Shown: positions 17,583 through 26,423, counted from the first letter of the stretch. The stretch: 26,649 nucleotides of DNA from Candidatus Heimdallarchaeota archaeon (GCA_015523565.1 WAKA01000099.1:1-26649), one strand, 5' to 3'. Notes: generated by a model not told the origin, from the sequence alone. A program made the numbers and translations.

Positions 17583-18773
17583 ATGGATAAATTTTTTGTT
17601 CTTACCATGTTCAACCTACTTTTATTTATTGTTATAATTACAGTATACTTTATGAATTATTTGAAATTCAAACAAAATTTTTTTAGATTCCCATTGACTG
17701 GATATATTTTTATCAACATTTGGGCTTTTGCCACTGTTCTTTCGAATATTTATAGCGAGTTTGTATTACCTATATTCTCATTTTCCGTATTTTCAGGCAT
17801 TGTTGGGGTTCTTTTCATTTTTAGTCCTGAATGGCTCTTTATTTACCCAAAAAGAATTAAAATTGTATGGCAGATTTTTTGGCATTATTCATTCATAATT
17901 TTGGGAATAGTTTTGACTCAAACCATTTATCCACAATTGGATCTCATCATCAACAGATCCCAAACAGGGAATGCACATCAAACAATATTTCTAATCCTAG
18001 ATATCTGGGTTGCACTGGTTTTCTATCTTTTTTTAAAAACACATCGGATTGCGGATATGTCTAACAAATTTTGGAAATTATTGAACTACACAAGATATGC
18101 AGGAATTTTTGCAGTGGGGTTAATTGTTTTCTTTCAAACCACCAAATATCCCAATATGGAATTGTCTATGCTTTTTGTTGCAATTGGATCCATTATTCTT
18201 GCATTTTCGACTTTTGCTTATTTTATGGGAATTTATCTGTATCCCTCTGGCTTGTTGATACATTTATTCCAACTAAAAATTTTGCTCAAGGAAAAGAAAA
18301 TCAATTATGCTCTTTATAGTTATGAGACAATCGGTCCAAGCCTCATTTTCCATTATGGATTTGATTTTTTTGAACAGAAGGATTTTGAAGAGGAAATGCT
18401 GAATTTAGGCATAACTGGAATGGTATTGTTGGGAAATGGTGAAGATTATATTGAAAGTACCATTATTCTTCCTATTGAAAATGAAGAATATATTGGCATT
18501 GGAATTTCTTTTTGGGGAAAAGACCCAAGTCAAAAGGATATGAGGTTTAAGGGGCGAACTTTCTTTTTGCTCCTTTTTGCTTTTTCCAATGAATTGGAAT
18601 GGATCGTTTATAAGAGGAAAGTATGGCAGCAAGCAGTAAGGTCTTACGTAAGCAAATTAGAGAATGCAAAAGAGGAATTGACTCCTGAAAGGGTAGAAGG
18701 TATTATTCATACGGTCATTCATTCCATATTTTTGGACAATCGCTATATCATTGACACCTATATTCCAATTTGA
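17583..18773 (+). CDS. Membrane protein with ~7 N-terminal TM helices and a C-terminal soluble longin/uDENN-like domain
   Basis: Seven hydrophobic segments in aa 1-230. From aa ~240 the pattern is beta-beta-alpha-beta-beta-beta-alpha: YALYSYETIGP...helix...IILP...IGIGISFWGKD....DMRFKGRTFFLLLF...helix. The ORF is solid; the domain call is by eye. Confidence 0.6.
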   Translation: MDKFFVLTMFNLLLFIVIITVYFMNYLKFKQNFFRFPLTGYIFINIWAFATVLSNIYSEFVLPIFSFSVFSGIVGVLFIFSPEWLFIYPKRIKIVWQIFWHYSFIILGIVLTQTIYPQLDLIINRSQTGNAHQTIFLILDIWVALVFYLFLKTHRIADMSNKFWKLLNYTRYAGIFAVGLIVFFQTTKYPNMELSMLFVAIGSIILAFSTFAYFMGIYLYPSGLLIHLFQLKILLKEKKINYALYSYETIGPSLIFHYGFDFFEQKDFEEEMLNLGITGMVLLGNGEDYIESTIILPIENEEYIGIGISFWGKDPSQKDMRFKGRTFFLLLFAFSNELEWIVYKRKVWQQAVRSYVSKLENAKEELTPERVEGIIHTVIHSIFLDNRYIIDTYIPI

Positions 18774-18958
18774 TACAAATACTAAATACTTAAATAGGTT
18801 GAATGGAAAGTTAAAATTGCCAAAGATGATTACGGGGTATTACGTTCTACAAAAGCAATAGTAAAATCGACCCATCCCAAATATTTTTGAAAAGTCATAA
18901 TTTTGGCCGATTTGATTTGGAACATGGATGGATTCTGTGTTCTTTGAACAAATTTTCT

Positions 18959-18966
18959 AAGGAGGT
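18959..18966 (+). promoter_or_regulatory. Shine-Dalgarno site of leuS
   Basis: AAGGAGGT, 8 nt upstream of the TTG start at 18975. Confidence 0.7.
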
Positions 18967-18974
18967 AAACAATT

Positions 18975-21842
18975 TTGAATAGACAGCTTGAAATTGAAAA
19001 GAAATGGCAGTCCAAATGGAATGAGGCCCATCTGTTCGAAAGGGATCGGATAGACGGGATGCCAAAGTTTTTCGGGAATTTTCCCTTTCCATACATCAAT
19101 GGGAAGCTTCACTTGGGACATGGTTATAGCATGATGAAATTGGAAGCTACAATTCGTTACCAATTGATGAAGGGCAAGAATATCTTGTGGCCTTTTGGTT
19201 TCCATGCCACAGGTGAACCTATTGTTGGAATGGCAAAAAGGGTTGCAGAAGGAGACAGTAATCAAATTCGTGCTTTGGAACTGTCAGGCATTCCTAAAGA
19301 AAAAATGGAAGAATTCAAGGATCCATATAACATTGTCAGGTATTTTATGAAAACCACAGAAGATACCTGCCGAAATCTTGGTGTGGCTGTTGATTGGAGG
19401 AGAAAGTTTGTTACAACGCAATTGACGCCTACATTTTCCAAGTTCATTGAATGGCAGTACCGGAAGCTTCATAGTATGGGCTACGTAGTTCAGGCTTCAC
19501 ATCCCGTGATATATTGTCCAAGCTGTAAATCTCCTACAGGAGAGCACGACAGGTTGGAAGGTGATGATGCCAGGATTGTTGATTTTGTCCTCCTTTATTT
19601 CTATGTGCCTGATGTAGATGCTTACCTTGTACCTGCCACTTTGAGACCTGAAACGGTATTTGGTGTGACAAACATATTTCTGCATCCCGATGCGACTTAT
19701 GTTGTTGCCAATGTGGATGGGAAGAAGGTAATCGTCAGTGAATCAACTGCTGTAAAATTCAAGGAGCAAGAACACGAAGTCACCGATATTGCTCCAATAG
19801 ACTTGAAAGAATTGTTTGGTAAATATGCCATCAACCCAATGACAGAAGAAAAGGTCATAATAATTCCAGGAACATTCATAGATCCAGATGGTGCCACTGG
19901 TGTCGTCATGTCTGTCCCTGCACATGCTCCTGTGGATTATGCCACCCTGATGGAGTTGAAGGAAAATCCTGAATTGGTTGAAAAATATGGGATTGACCAT
20001 GAGGAAATTAAAAAGATTGAACCAATCTCTTTAATTGAAATTCAAGGCTTCAGTGAATTCCCTGCAAAGGATGTCGTTGAGGAAATGGGAATTCGGGGAC
20101 AGAAAGACCCCAAATTGAAGGATGCGACAAAACTTGTATACAGAAAAGAAGCCATGCATGGTGTGACCAAGGCAATTACAGGGAAATATCAAGGCAAATC
20201 TGTAGAAGAAGTCAAAGATTTGCTTGTCAAAGATATGCTTGAAGAACACAAGGCCATGATCCTTAAAGAACCTAGTGAAATTGTAGTCTGTAGATGTGGT
20301 ACCAGAAATTATGTGAAATTCTTGGAAAATCAATGGTTCCTTAAGTTCAGTGATCCGGAATGGAAGGCAAAAGTCTACAAAATGATAGACAAAATGACTT
20401 TCTATCCACCAGAGGCAAAAAATGCATTCATTAGAACAGTTGACTGGGTTGAAAACCGGGCTTGTGTCCGCCAAAGTGGTTTGGGCACTCCTGCCCCATG
20501 GGATCCTGAATGGATCATTGAAACCCTTTCTGACAGTGTCATTTACATGGCATACTATATTGTCTCAAAGTATGTCAATGAAGGTTCTTTCAAGGAAGAA
20601 TGGGCTATCGATCCTATTTTCGACTATATTTATCTGGGGAAAGGCAATGCAAGAAAACTTTCAAAGGAACATGGAATTCCCGAAAAATTGCTCAAAGACA
20701 TCAAAAAGGACTTCCAATATTGGTATGGGTTCGATTTGAGATCTTCTGGAAAAGATTTGGTGAACAACCATTTGACCTTCATGCTTTTCCATCATGCGGC
20801 AATATTCCCTGAAAAATATTGGCCGAAAGCCATTCATGTCAATGGTTATGTCAATGTTGCAAAGAAGACTGCGGACAATAAAATTATAGAGGAGAAGATG
20901 TCCAAACGAAAAGGCAATTTCAAGACCTTGGATGATCTTTTGGAGACATTTGGTGCTGACATAACCAGGATCACTTTGTTGACCGCGGGAGAAGGAATGG
21001 AAGATGCGGCCATCATGCCCGATGAAATTCCAAGCTATTCAAAATGGCTCAATACTTTGATGTCTATGGCTGAAGAAACGGACATTGACGATGAGATGCA
21101 ACAAATCGATCGTTGGCTTATTTCCAAAATGCAGGATCAAATACAGAAAACAATAGACAACTATGAAAACATCAGGACAAGAAGCGCGTTCCAATCAGCA
21201 TACCATGAAACCTTGCATTTGATTAAATGGTATACCAATAGAAGAAATGGAACTAAGGGACCTGGATTCAAATATGCAAGGGAAGTCATTATCAAGATGA
21301 TTGCCCCCATGTTGCCCCACTTGGCAGAGGAAATTTGGGAAATGTGGGGGAGAAAAGGTTTCATAGCAACATCTCATTTCCCACATGTGGAAAAGGATAA
21401 AATTGACTTGGATGCTGAATATGGTGAAAAATATCTTGGTGAAGTTGTTGACGATTTGAAAAACCTGATCTCATTCTTGACATCCAGAGGTAATGACCCA
21501 CCTTCTGAAATAGTTCTTTATGTCTCCCCTCAGTGGAAGTACAAAATTTATGAAGAGGCAAGAACAAATGGTACAAAGACCCTGCTGAAAAATATCATGC
21601 AGGATCCAGAGATCAAGTCCAAAGGGAAAGCGGCTGTCTCTTACGCACAATCCCTTATGAAGAAAGGGGCACCTCCAGATATTCCCATCTCCTATGAAAC
21701 CGAAATGAAAGTCCTCGAAGAAGCCATTCCTTTCATTGAAAAACAATTTAACGCCAAAGTTGCCGTGAAGCCCGCTGAAGGTGCAGACCATCCAAAGGCA
21801 AAAGTAGCAGTTCCAAGAAGACCTGGCATTGTTTTGAATTAG
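18975..21842 (+). CDS. leuS: Leucine--tRNA ligase, archaeal/eukaryotic type
   Basis: FPFPYINGKLHLGH (HIGH motif), GFHATG, DWRRKF, editing-domain motifs ATLRPET and TGVVMSVPAHAPVD, LSDSVIYMAYY, SGKDL..NHL, KMSKR, and the archaeal C-terminal AVPRRPGI. Confidence 0.98.
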   Translation: MNRQLEIEKKWQSKWNEAHLFERDRIDGMPKFFGNFPFPYINGKLHLGHGYSMMKLEATIRYQLMKGKNILWPFGFHATGEPIVGMAKRVAEGDSNQIRALELSGIPKEKMEEFKDPYNIVRYFMKTTEDTCRNLGVAVDWRRKFVTTQLTPTFSKFIEWQYRKLHSMGYVVQASHPVIYCPSCKSPTGEHDRLEGDDARIVDFVLLYFYVPDVDAYLVPATLRPETVFGVTNIFLHPDATYVVANVDGKKVIVSESTAVKFKEQEHEVTDIAPIDLKELFGKYAINPMTEEKVIIIPGTFIDPDGATGVVMSVPAHAPVDYATLMELKENPELVEKYGIDHEEIKKIEPISLIEIQGFSEFPAKDVVEEMGIRGQKDPKLKDATKLVYRKEAMHGVTKAITGKYQGKSVEEVKDLLVKDMLEEHKAMILKEPSEIVVCRCGTRNYVKFLENQWFLKFSDPEWKAKVYKMIDKMTFYPPEAKNAFIRTVDWVENRACVRQSGLGTPAPWDPEWIIETLSDSVIYMAYYIVSKYVNEGSFKEEWAIDPIFDYIYLGKGNARKLSKEHGIPEKLLKDIKKDFQYWYGFDLRSSGKDLVNNHLTFMLFHHAAIFPEKYWPKAIHVNGYVNVAKKTADNKIIEEKMSKRKGNFKTLDDLLETFGADITRITLLTAGEGMEDAAIMPDEIPSYSKWLNTLMSMAEETDIDDEMQQIDRWLISKMQDQIQKTIDNYENIRTRSAFQSAYHETLHLIKWYTNRRNGTKGPGFKYAREVIIKMIAPMLPHLAEEIWEMWGRKGFIATSHFPHVEKDKIDLDAEYGEKYLGEVVDDLKNLISFLTSRGNDPPSEIVLYVSPQWKYKIYEEARTNGTKTLLKNIMQDPEIKSKGKAAVSYAQSLMKKGAPPDIPISYETEMKVLEEAIPFIEKQFNAKVAVKPAEGADHPKAKVAVPRRPGIVLN

Positions 21843-21849
21843 AATCTTT

Positions 21850-22680
21850 TTATGATCCGTCAATCATTGACATGGGCAATACAAATGTAAAGTTTGAATT
21901 CTCAATTATATAAGCTTCCAAGAATTCATCATATTTCTTCCTGTGGAAAGATTCCCTTATCACTCCAAGCTCAAACATCAATTCATGTAATAAATCAATT
22001 GGTAGGTCATAATCCTCATGACCAGGAAACAGCCTTCCTTTTTCCATGAAATGCTCAACCTTATCATAAAGTTCTTCCAATAATTCTATGTAATCCTCAA
22101 AATAAACATTTTCAGGATAGAAAAAAGCACCAAAATGAAATGTGTCACCTGTGAATATTTCTCCTTCAGAGGAAACCAATACAATTGATCCTTGGGTATG
22201 ACCATTTGCATGGAAGACAGAGAGATCAATTCCTCCCAAATCAAATTTTTCACCCCCTATCAATGGAATGACTTGATCATTGACAGGGATTTTGAAATTC
22301 ATTTCCTTATAGAAATGAGCTCCAATTGAATCTTTAAGAAATGATACGTCAATTGGTTTTGAAATGCCTTTGTAATCCAATTTATGGATATGAACCTCAG
22401 GAAACTCACTGTTGCCCCCCACATGGTCAAAATGGTTGTGTGTATTGAACACAAGCAAATCCCTTTCTCCCAAATATTTCTTTATCGTAGGAAGGATAGG
22501 TTTTACTCCAGCGCCAGTGTCAATTAATGCCGCCTTTTCAGTTCCGATTAGCAGGTACATGTTTGTATAGACTGTTCTAAATTTCGGCTCGATCTTATCC
22601 AATCTTTCTCTGATGATATATAGGTGGTCATTTATCTGCTTGACCTCAAACCATTCCATAATTAATTTAGTTGCGTTCAC
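21850..22680 (-). CDS. Metallo-beta-lactamase fold hydrolase
   Basis: LIDTG, THNHFDHVGG (HxHxDH), GHTQG, FTGD and PGH motifs. The start may be ATG 22659. Confidence 0.92.
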   Translation of the reverse strand: MNATKLIMEWFEVKQINDHLYIIRERLDKIEPKFRTVYTNMYLLIGTEKAALIDTGAGVKPILPTIKKYLGERDLLVFNTHNHFDHVGGNSEFPEVHIHKLDYKGISKPIDVSFLKDSIGAHFYKEMNFKIPVNDQVIPLIGGEKFDLGGIDLSVFHANGHTQGSIVLVSSEGEIFTGDTFHFGAFFYPENVYFEDYIELLEELYDKVEHFMEKGRLFPGHEDYDLPIDLLHELMFELGVIRESFHRKKYDEFLEAYIIENSNFTFVLPMSMIDGS

Positions 22681-22699
22681 TTATAGAATATTTGTTTAG

Positions 22700-24013
22700 T
22701 TATTTTATCCAAGGCTTTTCTCTGGCATATTCTTCTGCAAGCCTAAATTGTTTGGAAAGATCAATATGAAATTGCCTATTGTCGACAACTGGTTTACCGT
22801 CAACTAAAACATATGAAACATCCCTTTTCGTTGCCGTATAAACAATATATGAAAACTCATTATACATGGGATAGGCATTTGGATATACTGGATCAAGTAT
22901 TACAATGTCCGCTTTCTTGCCAGGCTGGATACTTCCGATTTCATCTTCCATCCCCAAAGCCCTTGCCCCTTCAAGTGTTGCCAAATGGAAAACTGATCTT
23001 GCATCCATGACCTTTGGATCATGGGTAACTGCCTTTTGATAATATGACGCCAACTTCATCTCAAGGAACATGTCATGACCGCCTGTTGCAGGAGAACCGT
23101 CTGTTGCAAGACCGACTGGAATTTGCTTTTGAACAAATTTTGGCACCGGTGCAATTCCTGAGGCAAGCTTGCCATTTGAAGAGGGATTATGTGAGATTGT
23201 TGTACCTGTTTCCTTGATGATTTCAATTTCAGCATCAGAAACCCAGACACAATGCGCAAGGATTGTCTTGTCCCCCAAAATTCCCAAATCTTGGTAAGCC
23301 TTTATGTACTCATTTCCTGTTGATTTTCTAACCTCCTCACATTCTGAAATGTTTTCAGCGGCATGGGTATGAAACAGCAATCCTCTTTTGTTCGATTCCT
23401 CTTTTGCCCTTTGCATCAACTCATTTGAGCATGTCAGCAGAAATCTTGGGGTATATGCAAATTGAACCCGTTTCCCTTTCGGATATCTGTCTGCGAGTTG
23501 GTTCGCCTCTTTGATTGCCTTGTCTGTGCTTTCAATCAATCCTTCAATGGTATTCCTGTCCATGAGCATCTTTCCCACATTGCCACGGATGCCTGAATCA
23601 ATTGCCGCTTTTATTGTCTGTTCAGCATGCCTTACCGTTGCCATGTCATTTGTTGTTGTAATCCCCCCAAAAAGCATCTCTGCATAACCGATTAAGGAGG
23701 ATGTATAAACTTGTCCTGCATTGATGCTGGCCTCCCCTGGCAAAATCACTTGGTTCAACCAATCCAATAGCTCCAGATCGTCACCTGCACCTCGAAATAG
23801 AGTTTGTACCGCATGCGAATGTGTATTTACAAACCCTGGAATTACAATGGAATTTTTGTTGCCTATGACTGGATAATCAAACTCTTTCTTGATTTGCTCA
23901 AACAATCCAATTTTCTTGATTGTTCCTTGTTCAATAACAAGGGCATGTTCTTTCCCAACAGGTGAAAATGCATCCCTAATGATACGACCTCGAACAATTA
24001 ATCCCTGTGACAC
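22700..24013 (-). CDS. Amidohydrolase of the MtaD/DadD-like nucleoside deaminase group
   Basis: PGFVNTHSH, HTHAAE, AHCVW, HNPSSN.KLASG, ATDG and GSIQPGKKAD motifs. The exact substrate cannot be determined from sequence. Confidence 0.9.
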   Translation of the reverse strand: MSQGLIVRGRIIRDAFSPVGKEHALVIEQGTIKKIGLFEQIKKEFDYPVIGNKNSIVIPGFVNTHSHAVQTLFRGAGDDLELLDWLNQVILPGEASINAGQVYTSSLIGYAEMLFGGITTTNDMATVRHAEQTIKAAIDSGIRGNVGKMLMDRNTIEGLIESTDKAIKEANQLADRYPKGKRVQFAYTPRFLLTCSNELMQRAKEESNKRGLLFHTHAAENISECEEVRKSTGNEYIKAYQDLGILGDKTILAHCVWVSDAEIEIIKETGTTISHNPSSNGKLASGIAPVPKFVQKQIPVGLATDGSPATGGHDMFLEMKLASYYQKAVTHDPKVMDARSVFHLATLEGARALGMEDEIGSIQPGKKADIVILDPVYPNAYPMYNEFSYIVYTATKRDVSYVLVDGKPVVDNRQFHIDLSKQFRLAEEYAREKPWIK

Positions 24014-24142
24014 CTATTCCAATTGGCATTGATTTTTTATAAGTTCTATATTAGATACCTAAGTTATTTATTGGACATTTTACTCGTTATTATGATTACA
24101 TGAAATTGAAAAGTTTAATTAGGGATTCAGTTTGGTTAGCCT

Positions 24143-24634
24143 ATGAAAATCCTACCTATTGTAGCTGGATTGATCGTCTTATTTGCACCAATTGTTTTTT
24201 CTGTATCGACATTGGGAAACAACGAAACAACAACCATTCTCGGATCATTTTACATCTCCACCAAATCAAATGTGTTTGGAATTGAAAGTTCAAGCCAAGA
24301 GACTTTAAATTCCGATTGGTTCAAGGACAATGGTCTTTATGACACATATTATGGAAGTTACGTTCTTTTCTATTATTTCAGCTTGTTAATGGCGGCTATT
24401 GCAATTTTCATTGGATTACGGACAAAAGGTAAGCAAAGCGGCAAACCCGCGGCATTGGTTTCCCTGCTCAGTGGATTGACATTGTTGGCAATCCGCTACC
24501 TGATGCTTTCAGATGCCAATAGTTCGTTTTATGAGAAAAAAGAGATACTAGGCATACAAACCTCTTACTTGGAAATTCCTGTAGCAGCACTGTTTGCCAT
24601 ACTTCTAGGCATTTTCGGATTGATAAAGGATTAA
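24143..24634 (+). CDS. Hypothetical membrane protein with four hydrophobic segments
   Basis: 163 aa: hydrophobic N-terminus, ~50-aa polar loop, helical hairpin, ~25-aa loop and a C-terminal helix. Its stop codon overlaps the convergent gene's stop within TTAA (24631-24634). Confidence 0.7.
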   Translation: MKILPIVAGLIVLFAPIVFSVSTLGNNETTTILGSFYISTKSNVFGIESSSQETLNSDWFKDNGLYDTYYGSYVLFYYFSLLMAAIAIFIGLRTKGKQSGKPAALVSLLSGLTLLAIRYLMLSDANSSFYEKKEILGIQTSYLEIPVAALFAILLGIFGLIKD

Positions 24635-25101
24635 TAATACAATATTACGACCAGAAATGTCATCCATGCCAAAAAAAGAACCAAGGGAAATACTCGCTTG
24701 AATAAAGAATCATTTTTCTCCCTTTGCCTGATTTCTTGCTGTTCCTGTTCTATCACTTGTTTATACACTTTCTTCTTTTTTCTCCAAAATAAGCGCTTAT
24801 TCTTTTTCTTTGCGATTTCCTCCAGTTTGGCCAAATCATTCTTGAAATTTGTTACTATATGATTATACAATTGTGTCATTTCCTCTGCCTCTTCCTGCGT
24901 TCGAGGGGCAAGCTCTGCAAGAATTCTTGAAGGCATCTCACTTCTGCACACAGGACAAAATGGTTGCATGAACAGCCAAGCGGCAAAATGATCCTTGTGG
25001 TATTCTGACTCACAAAAAGGACATTTGTATGGTTTCTCTTGGAGGGGTCCAAAGCAGATTTTACAGGTAATGTTAGCCACATAATGTTTTTTCCACCACA
25101 C
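24631..25101 (-). CDS. RING-finger protein (putative E3 ubiquitin ligase) with coiled/basic linker and C-terminal tail anchor
   Basis: CKIC-x10-CPFC-x4-HKDH-x3-W-x6-CPVC gives 8 metal ligands plus the conserved RING Trp and Pro. The protein ends in VFPLVLFLAWMTFLVVILYY-stop. GTG start. Confidence 0.8.
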   Translation of the reverse strand: MWWKKHYVANITCKICFGPLQEKPYKCPFCESEYHKDHFAAWLFMQPFCPVCRSEMPSRILAELAPRTQEEAEEMTQLYNHIVTNFKNDLAKLEEIAKKKNKRLFWRKKKKVYKQVIEQEQQEIRQREKNDSLFKRVFPLVLFLAWMTFLVVILYY

Positions 25102-25181
25102 TTTTTATATCTGTCTTAATTCCCTTCAAATTTTGATTTTTATGGGAAAAGCTCTTAACTTTTTTCTAAACAAAACAAATA

Positions 25182-26423
25182 ATGAATTCCGAAACTTTTC
25201 TTTATCCTTTTGCAATTGTGGTTACATTTGTATTTATTACCATTGGCATAAAAGGCAGTTCCCCTCTTGCAGTAATTTTCTATTTAATCTGCGGTTTTCT
25301 GCTGGCGGTATGGTATATCTCTTTGGGATTGCTTCATAAAGACCAATTCACAAAAATACTTCATAAGATTTCAGTTTCAAATCCACTGAAATTTGGAGTT
25401 CCTGCATTGGTTTTTATGATCGTTGTTTTCACAGAATTACTTTTGGGGGGCTCTTGGAATATTGGAAAATTGCTTGGGTTGGCAATCTATCTTTACTTGC
25501 CAACAATTGCCCTAACCCTAAAGTTTCGAGGAAACCTTATCTTTTCGGTATTGGCTGTCTGGTTTCCAATTGAATGGGATTTTCTCGACCAGTTGCTGAG
25601 TAATTTGAGGTTCTTCGTCCTACCAAGTGATGCGTTGTTGGGGATATTCTCTCTTTCTTGGGCAATGCTCACCAATGGTTTTGATCTTCCATGGTACAAT
25701 TGGAACCTTGACAAAGATGATTTGAGATACATAAATATCAGTACTTTAGGAGCAACCATTGCAATTGTCCCTCTGGGAATTCTGCTTAAATTCTTGACTT
25801 GGAATCCCTCAACTCTCCTGTCAAATTCAATTGCCCCAAATCCCGTTCTTACTGCAATTATTGTTTTCATTGGGATTTTTTTCGTTCAAGGAATAATGGA
25901 GGAATACCTTTTTCGTGACATCATTTTTAGGAAATGGTTCGAATTTTTAGAGAAACAAGACAAACGATGGCATTTGGGATCAATTGTCTTTTCTGGTTTG
26001 GTGGTCATATCAATTCCATTTTGGGATGAAGTTCTTGGATTTCTGACAAAAATATTACCGTTTCTAGCTCCTGTCACAGACAAGGTCGGAACACTAGACG
26101 AACCTCTTGGTCAAGCGGAAGGTGCACCAATCCCAGAAATTTCCAGTTGGCCCAATTGGCTTCCTTACTTGATTATAGGATCCTTATTGATTTTTTTGGG
26201 AATTCTTGTCTATTCCAAATTCCCTAATGCAGTCACTGCCGCGTTGATTGCCTCTGCAATCATTTTTGGGTTTGCCCATTTTGAGGACTGGAGATATGTC
26301 ATGTTTGCAAGTTTTGCAGGAGTTGCCTATGGATATGCCTATTACAAAACCAAAAATCTTCTTGCTGCTGCTGCGGTTCATATGGGAGTTGACGCTGTTT
26401 GGGCATTGCTTCTCTCATATTAA
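25182..26423 (+). CDS. CPBP family (type II CAAX protease/Rce1-like) intramembrane glutamic protease
   Basis: Polytopic protein with EEYLFR (EExxxR), FGFAH (FxxxH), AGVAYG and HMGVD (HxxxD/N) motifs. Confidence 0.9.
   Translation: MNSETFLYPFAIVVTFVFITIGIKGSSPLAVIFYLICGFLLAVWYISLGLLHKDQFTKILHKISVSNPLKFGVPALVFMIVVFTELLLGGSWNIGKLLGLAIYLYLPTIALTLKFRGNLIFSVLAVWFPIEWDFLDQLLSNLRFFVLPSDALLGIFSLSWAMLTNGFDLPWYNWNLDKDDLRYINISTLGATIAIVPLGILLKFLTWNPSTLLSNSIAPNPVLTAIIVFIGIFFVQGIMEEYLFRDIIFRKWFEFLEKQDKRWHLGSIVFSGLVVISIPFWDEVLGFLTKILPFLAPVTDKVGTLDEPLGQAEGAPIPEISSWPNWLPYLIIGSLLIFLGILVYSKFPNAVTAALIASAIIFGFAHFEDWRYVMFASFAGVAYGYAYYKTKNLLAAAAVHMGVDAVWALLLSY

Noticed and set aside
17583-18773. Rhodopsin or histidine kinase, given the 7 TM helices
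   Set aside because: There is no retinal-binding Lys motif in helix 7 and no H-box or HATPase motifs in the soluble domain.
21850-22680. Antibiotic-resistance beta-lactamase
   Set aside because: It has generic MBL-fold motifs only, no signal peptide and no mobile context.
25182-26423. Abortive-infection (Abi) defence gene
   Set aside because: The Abi name for CPBP proteases is historical, and there is no defence-island context here.
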